A stretch of 38,328 nucleotides of DNA, taken from the NCBI GenBank assembly GCA_051382295.1, contig JBBCAW010000083.1, forward strand, positions 1-38,328, given 5' to 3'. The notes below the pieces were generated by a model that saw only the letters and a program-made list of their open reading frames with translations, ran no database searches and was not told the DNA's origin. Numbering within the stretch: position 1 is the stretch's first letter; each line of letters starts with the position of its first letter. Of the stretch, positions 1 to 8,378 are shown in pieces. Origin of the DNA: Bdellovibrionota bacterium FG-1. Its GTDB lineage: Bacteria; Bdellovibrionota; UBA1018. Made by a program: the position numbers and the translations under genes.

Positions 1-96
1 GCAACGAAATCAGAACTGGAGAATCTGAACATTTTCAAGGACGCCTCTCTGCCGGATTGGAATTACACAATCAGGCCTCAGTAAAAATATCGCTAA

Positions 97-852
97 GTGC
101 ATGTGATTTTATTTTTACGCGGCCCCTTAGGAAGCTTTGGCCTGCGACTCGCCCTTTGCCTGCGAAGAAAGGAACCTCTAGACGCTCCTTTTGTGGCCCT
201 AGGGGTTGGATTTTTAGGACTTTGCTACTTTACCCAGGCCTTTGAATGGCTCGATGGAACGGGGCAAATGCTCACCCATTGGATTGAAAAGCTGGGTGAT
301 TCGCAGGGCCTCAAACATTGGATTTTGGAATCTTTGGAAAAAGCCTCTCATTCTGAAGGGCCCAAGGGATCAGAGATCAATCTCACGGGGGCTGTCGAAC
401 AGATTTTTCGAACCGGCGTGTGGGGTATTGTTTCAAGCTTGGCGGAATTTTTCTTTTTGCTTGCGGCACTTTTTTTGGAAGTCGGCAAAACCGTTCTTTG
501 GCAAATCACTGTTTTTTTATTTCCGCTCGCGTGTGGGCTAATCCCCGTTCTTCCTTCAATCGTTCAGAGCATGATTCGATATGCGGTCGAAATCGCACTT
601 TGGGGGCCAGTTTTGGCCCTCATTGAGATCACCACGAGCGCGGCTGCGCGTAAATATATGACCCAAGAAGGTTCTTGGGGGCTTTACACGGTGGCCGTCG
701 AGATCTTAGCCGTGCTTTTAATCCTGGGAATTCCAAGAGTCACTCACCAACTGGTTTCGGGAGCGGTCCATCCCGGAGGTGTGAGCGAAACCCTCGCACT
801 CATCCGGCAAGCGCGGAACCACTGGAAACCAAAGATGGGGGTTCATTCATGA
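97..852 (+). CDS. Polytopic membrane protein, VirB6/TrbL-like conjugal transfer protein
   Basis: 251 aa with several hydrophobic segments (e.g. VLWQITVFLFPLACGLIPVL, YAVEIALWGPVLALI); ATGA-coupled to the next gene in a conjugation operon. Start uncertain. Confidence 0.55.
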   Translation: MHVILFLRGPLGSFGLRLALCLRRKEPLDAPFVALGVGFLGLCYFTQAFEWLDGTGQMLTHWIEKLGDSQGLKHWILESLEKASHSEGPKGSEINLTGAVEQIFRTGVWGIVSSLAEFFFLLAALFLEVGKTVLWQITVFLFPLACGLIPVLPSIVQSMIRYAVEIALWGPVLALIEITTSAAARKYMTQEGSWGLYTVAVEILAVLLILGIPRVTHQLVSGAVHPGGVSETLALIRQARNHWKPKMGVHS

Positions 853-1187
853 TCATCCTGAGCTGGCTTTGGATTGTGAGTGCTTTTGCAGCGTCAAAGC
901 TCGAAGCCCCGATTTTGGTGTATCCGGGGTACCTCACTCGCATCAGGTGCCAAGGCAGGCTTCTTGCCTCGGCATCGGGCAACCCTTCGCTGATGACCCT
1001 TGAGCCACTCCCTAAGGAAATGGGCTGTGGTGTGTTGCTCCAATCCCATGAAAAACAAGGGCGCACGAATCTGATCTTGGAAACAACGACCGGAACGATC
1101 CATCAAATAGTTGAAATCCGGCCACTAGGAAAAACCCCGCCCAATCCTCAGGATCTAGAACGGGTCTTGGAAGGCGTGGATCGATGA
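849..1187 (+). CDS. Small secreted protein, TraK/VirB9-like (secretin N-terminal-like beta domain)
   Basis: ATG 849 overlaps upstream TGA; signal peptide MIILSWLWIVSAFA; GRTNLILETTTG motif; lies directly before the VirB10-like gene. Confidence 0.45.
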   Translation: MIILSWLWIVSAFAASKLEAPILVYPGYLTRIRCQGRLLASASGNPSLMTLEPLPKEMGCGVLLQSHEKQGRTNLILETTTGTIHQIVEIRPLGKTPPNPQDLERVLEGVDR

Positions 1188-1472
1188 AAAGGCGGGATTT
1201 TTACTTTTCAATGGCAGCAATTTTAATGGGTCCATTTGCGGTTGCCGCAACCTACTCCGAAGAAATTAACCGCATTCAGCAACGCGCGCAGCACATTGAC
1301 TGGGGACTTTCAAAAATCGGCGTTTCAACGAGGGAGGCCAATCCAATCGAGGGTGGGCCTGGCGATGTAAATAGTAAAACACGGGTCCTTCAGCTCTATC
1401 CTGCGGAAGCCGCGCTTCGAGCCCCCACAGGGAAGCTTTTGTTTGGCACCTTGTGGACGCGCTTAGTGGTGG

Positions 1473-3131
1473 CCCCAATTTGACCCACTTTTTATTGACT
1501 ACATTTTCTTAAAAGAGTTTTATCGACCATTTTTAGAATTTCTTCTTGTTTCTTTGTTAAAGCAACCAACCTGTCAATCTTGAAATTATTTTTGGGGTCT
1601 CTCAAATATATTCTATACAATCCATCCAACTCATTAAGAGCTGCTTGAAATGAAAGTCCAAGGGGTTTGACCTTCTCTTTAAGAATGGAAAGAAGCAGAC
1701 AGGACAGGTAACAGATAAATACGTGGGCCTCGACCCGATTGTAAAGCCAGTGACGAATGGGCCGGAGATTCACAACACCTTTTAACGATTGAAAGCATTT
1801 CTCCACTACATCCTTATCGAAGTAAGCTACGATGGCATCTGGGTCAGAATAGTTTGTAGTTGTAAATAGAAACGACATGCCGTCATATATTTTTTCAATC
1901 GCAATTTGCTTTTCATTGACGGAGCCGGTTTGGTTGAAAAACTTTTCTAGTTCTGGTTTAATGCTTTTGCCTTTATCGAGCCGAATCTTTGCGGCGGCAA
2001 TTTCGTCCTGACGGGATTCAGTGATTTCTACAGATTTTCTTGCGTTAAATATTGAGATCAAGCGCCCCGAGACTCCGCCATGGACAAACTTTTGAGATTT
2101 ATAGTAAAAAATTGTACTGCCCATTCGAAGTCTGTTTTTGGAAACACATAGAAGCTGAGGGTTGAAATCTGTTCCAAGATGTTTTCGGATATTGTTGTCA
2201 ATCTTGATGCCACAAAGCACCTTCCACATGTTTTTGCTCATAAAAGCAGTGTTTTCTGCAGAGGTAATTCCTCGATCAATAACCGCCACTCCGCTTGTAA
2301 TCCCAAATTCTGCAAGATCATTTGACACGTCTGAAAATGTTCTTGCGTCATGTATGTTACCTGGAAAAGTTTTATGATAGATTGGGATTCCTAGCTCTTG
2401 TGTTACGGCAAGCCCAATTTGAATCAGTTTGTTGCCTTTCCTTTTCTCTTTGTCATGTCCATATTTAGCCTTGGCGCATTTTTTTCCATGAAAGTAAGTA
2501 TTGGTCACGTCATAAACGATGCCCTTAGTTTTTATTTCGAGAGTTTTTTTAACCCTGCTAAAAATGATCTTCTGTTTTTCAGCAAACGCTTCACTCTCTA
2601 GAGCGTCCAAGGCATTTACCAGTCTCTTCTCGGTAAGTTTGTCTAAAGAGAGAAGTAGATTTAAGTCCGTCTTATTGTACCACCGACGCAGGTGGGTGAG
2701 ACTTTGATAATCTAAGCAATGCGCGTACACCATCGACAAAATCTCGTTCGAATATTCCCCCAAGATCTCTCCAAGTCCAATGCTCTCTGCGATGGAGTGG
2801 AGAACCATCAGGGGCCCCGACAGTCTGACTGATTCAATTGCCGCCTCTGAGATCGAAGTTGATAGGATGGTCTTCCCGTCGGATTCCTTTCCAATATATC
2901 TGATGTATTTATGGATTACCTTACCGTTAACCCTTTTGGATTCCACCTCTGCCAGATAAGTTTTTCCATTCTTCTTTATCTTTTTTATGAAACTCATGTA
3001 GTCAATATTTTATTGACTACAAAAAAATGCAAGCATATTCTCTCTTAAGAGAAAATTTAATTTTTGCGGTTATAAAATTGGGTTTTTAAAGATTTCTAGG
3101 TGTAGGCAATAAAAAGCGGGTCAAATTGGGG
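1473..3131 (-). mobile_element. IS1634-family insertion sequence, 1659 bp
   Basis: Terminal IRs CCCCAATTTGACCC(A/G)CTTTTTATTG(A/C)CTACA (1473-1503 / 3101-3131, 2 mismatches); 6-bp TSD TGGTGG at 1467-1472 and 3132-3137; visibly AT-richer than flanks. Confidence 0.93.
1492..2997 (-). CDS. IS1634-family DDE transposase
   Basis: 501 aa; YDVTNTYF, YGHDKE, PGNIHD, VIDRG, VEKCFQSLK, LRPIRHW...RVEAHVFICYLS motifs. Confidence 0.92.
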   Translation of the reverse strand: MSFIKKIKKNGKTYLAEVESKRVNGKVIHKYIRYIGKESDGKTILSTSISEAAIESVRLSGPLMVLHSIAESIGLGEILGEYSNEILSMVYAHCLDYQSLTHLRRWYNKTDLNLLLSLDKLTEKRLVNALDALESEAFAEKQKIIFSRVKKTLEIKTKGIVYDVTNTYFHGKKCAKAKYGHDKEKRKGNKLIQIGLAVTQELGIPIYHKTFPGNIHDARTFSDVSNDLAEFGITSGVAVIDRGITSAENTAFMSKNMWKVLCGIKIDNNIRKHLGTDFNPQLLCVSKNRLRMGSTIFYYKSQKFVHGGVSGRLISIFNARKSVEITESRQDEIAAAKIRLDKGKSIKPELEKFFNQTGSVNEKQIAIEKIYDGMSFLFTTTNYSDPDAIVAYFDKDVVEKCFQSLKGVVNLRPIRHWLYNRVEAHVFICYLSCLLLSILKEKVKPLGLSFQAALNELDGLYRIYLRDPKNNFKIDRLVALTKKQEEILKMVDKTLLRKCSQ

Positions 3132-3612
3132 TGGTGGGTTCAGAGGCAAGTCCGGCTATCATTGAGCTATCCCAAAATCAGGGGATCTTTTCGGGGCTCA
3201 GGATTTTAGGAAAGGCCCGACCTAGCGCTACTGCTGGCAGACTCCAAATTGACTTGAATCAGTTAGTCGCTCGCTCGGGCCGGACTTTCCCCGTCAAGGC
3301 CGTCGCACTGGATGATGCGGGAGCTCTCGGTCTGGAGGCTCAAGTGTTCTCGGGTAAAGCTCTGGCCTTAGCGGGAGCGATGGCCGCGAGTCTGGTTTCA
3401 GGAGTAGCCGCTTCTCAACAAACGCTCACCCCCACGGTGCTTGGTTTTGGCGAACCGAAACCCACGGGGCGAAATGCTCTCCTTCAGGGAGTGGCACAAA
3501 CCGCCGCCGATCAGTCCCACCGTTTCATTGAAGAAGCGACTCAGGAAAAACCGGTGTTACTTGTGGAACCGGGGGCATTGGTCGCGATCTATTTTGAAGA
3601 GGAGGTCCGCTT

Positions 3613-4134
3613 TTGAAAAAGCAAAAGTTGATCCCGCTCGTCGGGCTTGGGCTCTTTTTGACTCTGCTCTTCATCCTCATCACCCTGGGCTCTGGGTGCT
3701 CGACTGCTCGCGGACGATTCTTATTAGGCGCTGGCCTGGGTGGGGTGGTCACGGGCGCAACAGCGATGGCGCTTTCTCCTAACTCAGCCAGCGTTCCACT
3801 GAACGGCGTTGTCTTTGGTTTAGGAGGTGCTCTTGCCGGGGGGATTGGGGCTCTTTTGCTGATGGATGACAGCACCATTCCGAGCGCGCGGACTTCACTA
3901 AAAACCAAGGAACAAGCCACCGCATCCGAATACACGGCGCCCTATTCGGGAGCGTTCCCAGCCTTTGTTAAAGATCGCCTGCAACCCGTCGTCATTGAAG
4001 AAAACCTCGAGGCCGATTCCGTGAGCGAGGACGGAAGCCTTCATGAACCCCACAAGGTTTATCGCATCAAGCGTCCAGCCGAACTCTTTGCAAGGCCCAC
4101 AAAAACTGAAGCACAAAACAGGAGCACGCCATGA
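3613..4134 (+). CDS. Lipoprotein with glycine zipper and TraV-like C-terminus
   Basis: TTGA-coupled start; lipobox-like LGSGC; Gly-zipper; DGSLHEPHKVYRIKRP resembles the TraV DGxLHxPxxVY motif. Confidence 0.55.
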   Translation: MKKQKLIPLVGLGLFLTLLFILITLGSGCSTARGRFLLGAGLGGVVTGATAMALSPNSASVPLNGVVFGLGGALAGGIGALLLMDDSTIPSARTSLKTKEQATASEYTAPYSGAFPAFVKDRLQPVVIEENLEADSVSEDGSLHEPHKVYRIKRPAELFARPTKTEAQNRSTP

Positions 4135-4194
4135 GTAACAAAACTTTTTCGAGTGGGTGCATGAGGGGGCTCATCTATGCACCTGTTCGGGCAC

Positions 4195-4359
4195 CCACCC
4201 CCGCCCCAGTTTCTCCTTCTTTATTCACCAGTTGCCCCGGTGTCTCTTTGCTTCGCAGTTGCCGACCCCACCCCCGCAACGATGTGCGAGAGTGGGGTCG
4301 GCAACCCAGAGAACTATGGGGCAAATGTAACAAGTATTGGAGGACAGGGGCGGGGGTGG
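4195..4359. repeat. Long nested imperfect inverted repeat; candidate oriT
   Basis: Arms 4195-4207/4347-4359 (13 bp perfect), 4232-4238/4318-4324 (7 bp), 4243-4247/4308-4312, 4258-4271/4292-4305 (14 bp perfect); directly upstream of the relaxase. Confidence 0.75.
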
Positions 4360-4387
4360 TTTTGAAGGGGCAGGAAGGGAGAAGTCC

Positions 4388-5080
4388 ATGTTGAAGATCC
4401 AGAAAAGGGATCAGGAACTCTTGAAACTTTGCTATGAGCAGCAATTTTTATTGATTGAGCAAATCGAGGATTTCTTTTTCTCTCATTGTACGCGGCAGAA
4501 GGCACGGCAGCGAGTCAATGAGTTAGAACAATTCGGATACCTGCTTCATTTGAAAGATCCGATTTTTGGTCAGCGTAAAATTATTCGAATCACCCGGCGA
4601 GGTGAGGAGTTAGCCCGGAGTCAAAGTCATCTCGAAATCCCGCAGCTCAGACGACTCAACGCGGCCACCCTGATCCATGATTCCATCGTCACTTCTGTGC
4701 GGATGAGATTGGCCTCAGTTTGGCCCGAAGCGCATTTTGTTCCCGAGCGGGCGATCAAAAAGCTCGACCTTCCGCAAATTCCAGACGGAGTGTTTTACTT
4801 TCCTAGCGGGAACGGAATCGCCATCGAAGTTGAAAATTCAGCCAAGGGCAAAAAACGTTTTTGCACCCTGATGAAACGATGGAATGGCGTCCCTTCCATC
4901 ATTTTCGTGCTTTATATCGCTACGACACCAGGGCTGAACCGGTGCATCCAAACCTACCTGCCTTTTGCCCCTTTGGATCAACCCATGGGCACCGTCGATT
5001 GGTCTACCTTAAAAACCGCATTTCCTGAGGTGTGGACCCCGCAAGGTAACGTCCCGCTATTTGGCCGGAGGGATTACTAA
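4388..5080 (+). CDS. Replication-relaxation (Replic_Relax, MOB_C-type) relaxase
   Basis: 230 aa; N-terminal winged HTH (KRDQELLKL...RVNELEQFGYL...ITRRG), then LIHD, IPDG and IAIEVE PD-(D/E)xK motifs; SD-like AAGGGAG upstream. Confidence 0.82.
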   Translation: MLKIQKRDQELLKLCYEQQFLLIEQIEDFFFSHCTRQKARQRVNELEQFGYLLHLKDPIFGQRKIIRITRRGEELARSQSHLEIPQLRRLNAATLIHDSIVTSVRMRLASVWPEAHFVPERAIKKLDLPQIPDGVFYFPSGNGIAIEVENSAKGKKRFCTLMKRWNGVPSIIFVLYIATTPGLNRCIQTYLPFAPLDQPMGTVDWSTLKTAFPEVWTPQGNVPLFGRRDY

Positions 5081-8000
5081 TGTTTCGAGAGCAATGGGCT
5101 TTGGCCGGAATCACAGCGGGCGCGATGTCGGGGATCTTCCTTACGCGTCATTTTGACCTTTTCCGTAAACGCGGCTTGGGTATCCGGGTTGGGAGATCGT
5201 GGATTTCAGACGAGGCAAGGCTGAGACACACCCACATCGTCGGGGCCACGGGCACCGGCAAAACCGTATTGCTAGAGCAATTGATCTGTGAGGACATTAA
5301 GCGCGGTAATGGAGGGCTCATTATTGACCCCAAAGGAGATCGCGAACTCTATGAGCGGGTACGCGCGGAGTGCAAAAAACTGGGGCGCGAAGGGGACCTG
5401 CATTTGCTTTCGGCCACCCACCTGGATGAAAGCTCTGTCTGGAATCCCTGCGGACTAGGTAATGTTTCAGAACTTCAGAGCAAGTTCTTTAATTCCGCGA
5501 TTTATGAAGAACCCCATTACGCTAAATGGTGCGAACGCGCGCTCCTACAAGCCTTTAATGAACTCGTCCCCGAGTGGCCGCAAGGCTTCACCGTCGCCGA
5601 TCTCGTGAAACGCCTCGAAGATTTTGTGCAGTCTAAAAAAGGCCAGGACCAAAAGATGGAAGGGCTATTTTTGGATCTCTATAATCTGGCAAACGGGGAA
5701 TGGGGGCCGATTCTATGTTGTGGGAAATCGACGTTCCAAAAACCGGAAATTTCCCTTTTGGATATTACGCAACGCAATCAAATCTTATTCGTCGACCTTC
5801 CTACCGAGGCCAAGAAAGTTCAGAGCGCCCGAATCGGCCGGCTTCTCACTCAAGAACTCATGCTGATCTCGGGTCTAAGGAAGATTCACCCCGGGATCAA
5901 ATCAGAAAAACCTTTCTCCGTGTACATCGACGAATTTGACGCCTTCGCTACTGAAAGTTTTGCCACTTTTCTCAATAAAGGTCGCTCCAGCGGTTTCATG
6001 ATCCACATTGCTCATCAGACGTTGAGTGATCTCAATCAAGTAGGAGAGGACTTCGCAGGGCAGATTCTCGGAAATTGCAATGTTCGCTTCATCTTTCGCC
6101 AGGATGACCCAGATGATGCTGAACGTTGGTCGCGATTTATTGGAACGCGAAGATCGACTAAGCGAACCTATCAAACTCAAAACGGGGTTAAAACCGGAAT
6201 GTCCTCGAACCGAGAGGTTCAGGAGTTTGTTATTTCCCCGGATCGCATTAAAAATTTAAAAATCGGCCAGACTGTCTTGTCGGTCAAAACCAGCGGTATT
6301 TGTAAGGTCATTCGACTCAAATTTAAGCCAACGAAACTTGCCGGGGTAGAGGGTCCAAAAACTATCGACGCCCCCCTCAGCCGAGGCACCGGCCTTGAAG
6401 CGCGTCGCGATCTTTCACCCGAAAAATTTGGTCAGCCCCCAAAGGCGTCTCAAGGTCCAACGGCGAGCAAGTGGCAGCAAGTCAAAAAAATCAGTTCTGC
6501 AATTGTTCTCAGTCTTTTGTGCACCTCCTGTGCCTTTCACCCTTCGCCCACACCGGAACACCCGGAAGGTGAGCCGTCTCCCCAGGTTTCAAGTCAACCT
6601 GCAAGCGAATCTGCGGGCCACCCTACCGAGCAATCAACTCGAGAGTTGCCAGCGCAGCCTGCAGTCCCTTCACCTTCGATCACCCCCGTAACGTCTCCAT
6701 CCCCAAGTCCTTCACCTTCGGCGATTTTTCGGGACGGGGCGCTACTTTCTATTTCAGTGGGCTGGGAAGGCCAAGAAAAACTCATAGAGCTTTCGGCAAC
6801 GGAATTTACGAAAAAGGACTCCACTACCTATGGGAGGGAGCTCCCGATTAGCCTTCCGGCAAAGGTCCCCGAGGAGGTGACCTTCAAGATCCTGCTCAAC
6901 CAGGAGGTGCGTAAGCTGGAGAATCGGCGCATAGAGGCCTATTCCGTCGGCGGAAATGGACTGATGTCGCACTCGATTGGAGTTAAGCAAATCAGCGTGA
7001 CCTCTGGCGATCTTGGAACCACAATCAACGCCTGTCTTCAGGGGCTCCCGCTCCTTTTGTCCAACAAGGAGGAACAACGGGCTTTCATTTCCATTCGCAT
7101 TCTTTCAGAAAATAGAATTGAAATGGAGTTTAAAGCCCTTTTGGTGACCCCGCCTTCTCAATTGGTTCAAATCCCCCGGGATCAGTTTACCCCAAAACTG
7201 CCTGCCACCTTGAACAGTCAAGCCTTGGAACTGAAACAAATCGATCGAGTAGCCTTCCTGAATCGTTCATGGGCACCGATCAGTCTGAGCCTGCCCTTTA
7301 TCCAAAAGGCCAAATTTACAGCCCGGTTAATGCACTTTGAGATTTCAGAGGTTCCAACCGAACATGTGGCCCTTCACTATTCTATTCCGTCTATCCAAAC
7401 TCAGGTGCGGGAGTCAGAGCTTCTCGTCGTGCCCAATTTACCTGGGATTGAATCAAACTGGCCTCGCCTATCCAATGAGGATTACCGCAGGGTCACGATA
7501 CAGCCCGGGGAACAGTTAGAGATTGGTTTCTATGCACCCAAGGCAATAAGCGATTTTTTGGCGCCCTTACAGAAACTAACGTCTCATACCGTTCGCACGA
7601 CCATCGACAGCGCGGCTCGATGCCCCGATGGGTATCTTAACGACTTTCCGGTTTCAAAAGCTGGAGATGAGGGGCGTTGGTACTGCCTACAGCTCAACAG
7701 CGGAATGGGATATTCCTTCACCGACGAAGGCATTCAAGCTTGCTGTGATTCGGTCGTTCTCATGCGAAAATGCGTGGCATCGAATTGGGCACGAGAGCCC
7801 TGCAATGCCGCAGCCTTGGCCGACGACAAAGTAGACCGGCTTCGGGTTCCTCGGCCCGGAAGTACCATTCCATGGCCAAGTTGGTTGGGATGTCGCCGGG
7901 TGGAGAATACTACAGACGGTAGCCACCTTTACTTTATCCATAAGGCCTGGACTTGGGAGGCTGTTGAAGGAGATTTGCCCGAAGGCCTCCAATTTTTGGA

Positions 8001-8136
8001 CTCCCACGCTGAACTCATCGAAAACGATGCAGCTGAGGGTGTCATGCGCTTTGACCTCGGAAATCCGGCCGCAAACAGAGAGGGCCGGACCCTGCAGCTA
8101 TTTGGCAAAATTTTACCCATCAAAAACCGAGGATAA
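5080..8136 (+). CDS. VirD4/TraD-like type IV coupling protein with ~550-aa C-terminal lipoprotein-like extension
   Basis: Walker A GATGTGKT, IIDPKGD, Walker B VYIDEF, GRSSG..IAHQTLSDL in the first ~415 aa; then VKKISSAIVLSLLCTSC, a Pro/Ser-rich linker and a Cys-rich domain. Confidence 0.85.
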   Translation: MFREQWALAGITAGAMSGIFLTRHFDLFRKRGLGIRVGRSWISDEARLRHTHIVGATGTGKTVLLEQLICEDIKRGNGGLIIDPKGDRELYERVRAECKKLGREGDLHLLSATHLDESSVWNPCGLGNVSELQSKFFNSAIYEEPHYAKWCERALLQAFNELVPEWPQGFTVADLVKRLEDFVQSKKGQDQKMEGLFLDLYNLANGEWGPILCCGKSTFQKPEISLLDITQRNQILFVDLPTEAKKVQSARIGRLLTQELMLISGLRKIHPGIKSEKPFSVYIDEFDAFATESFATFLNKGRSSGFMIHIAHQTLSDLNQVGEDFAGQILGNCNVRFIFRQDDPDDAERWSRFIGTRRSTKRTYQTQNGVKTGMSSNREVQEFVISPDRIKNLKIGQTVLSVKTSGICKVIRLKFKPTKLAGVEGPKTIDAPLSRGTGLEARRDLSPEKFGQPPKASQGPTASKWQQVKKISSAIVLSLLCTSCAFHPSPTPEHPEGEPSPQVSSQPASESAGHPTEQSTRELPAQPAVPSPSITPVTSPSPSPSPSAIFRDGALLSISVGWEGQEKLIELSATEFTKKDSTTYGRELPISLPAKVPEEVTFKILLNQEVRKLENRRIEAYSVGGNGLMSHSIGVKQISVTSGDLGTTINACLQGLPLLLSNKEEQRAFISIRILSENRIEMEFKALLVTPPSQLVQIPRDQFTPKLPATLNSQALELKQIDRVAFLNRSWAPISLSLPFIQKAKFTARLMHFEISEVPTEHVALHYSIPSIQTQVRESELLVVPNLPGIESNWPRLSNEDYRRVTIQPGEQLEIGFYAPKAISDFLAPLQKLTSHTVRTTIDSAARCPDGYLNDFPVSKAGDEGRWYCLQLNSGMGYSFTDEGIQACCDSVVLMRKCVASNWAREPCNAAALADDKVDRLRVPRPGSTIPWPSWLGCRRVENTTDGSHLYFIHKAWTWEAVEGDLPEGLQFLDSHAELIENDAAEGVMRFDLGNPAANREGRTLQLFGKILPIKNRG

Positions 8137-8138
8137 TC

Positions 8139-8378
8139 ATGAAAATGGAAGAATTAATCGAAAAAGAACTCAATCAGACTTATCCTGATAAGGCATTCTT
8201 AACCATTCAAGAGGTGGCGGAGCTGATGCGTTGTAGTCCTGAAATCGTTTATAATTGGACAAAAAGGGCAGATGCCGCTCGCCGGCCTCCAAAGTTGTCC
8301 GTTGGAAAAGAGATTCGCTTTCCTAAGGTTCCATTCGCTCATTGGCTTGCCCAAGAAACGGGAGTTTCGCGCGAATGA
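8139..8378 (+). CDS. Excisionase-like helix-turn-helix protein
   Basis: 79 aa; FLTIQEVAELMRCSPEIVYNW...VGKEIRF; ATGA-coupled to the integrase. Confidence 0.85.
   Translation: MKMEELIEKELNQTYPDKAFLTIQEVAELMRCSPEIVYNWTKRADAARRPPKLSVGKEIRFPKVPFAHWLAQETGVSRE

Larger units (their letters stand above)
1184..3616 (+). pseudogene. TrbI/VirB10/TraB-like protein interrupted by IS1634 (5' part 1184-1472, 3' part 3138-3616; 255 aa reconstructed)
   Basis: Removing 1473-3137 restores one frame (...TRLVVGSEASPAII...). C-terminal part has VirB10-type features: RLQIDLNQL, ALDDAGALGL, Ala/Gly-rich helix, PVLLVEPGALVAIYF. Confidence 0.8.

Noticed and set aside
1..84. Open frame ATKSELENL...IRPQ* at the window start
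   Set aside because: May be the 3' end of an upstream ICE gene, but too short to support a call.
4131..4444. ORFs 4131-4394, 4177-4365 and 4175-4444
   Set aside because: They overlap the GC-rich inverted repeat, have low-complexity translations and no motifs; treated as non-coding, although the ATGA overlap at 4131 leaves some doubt.
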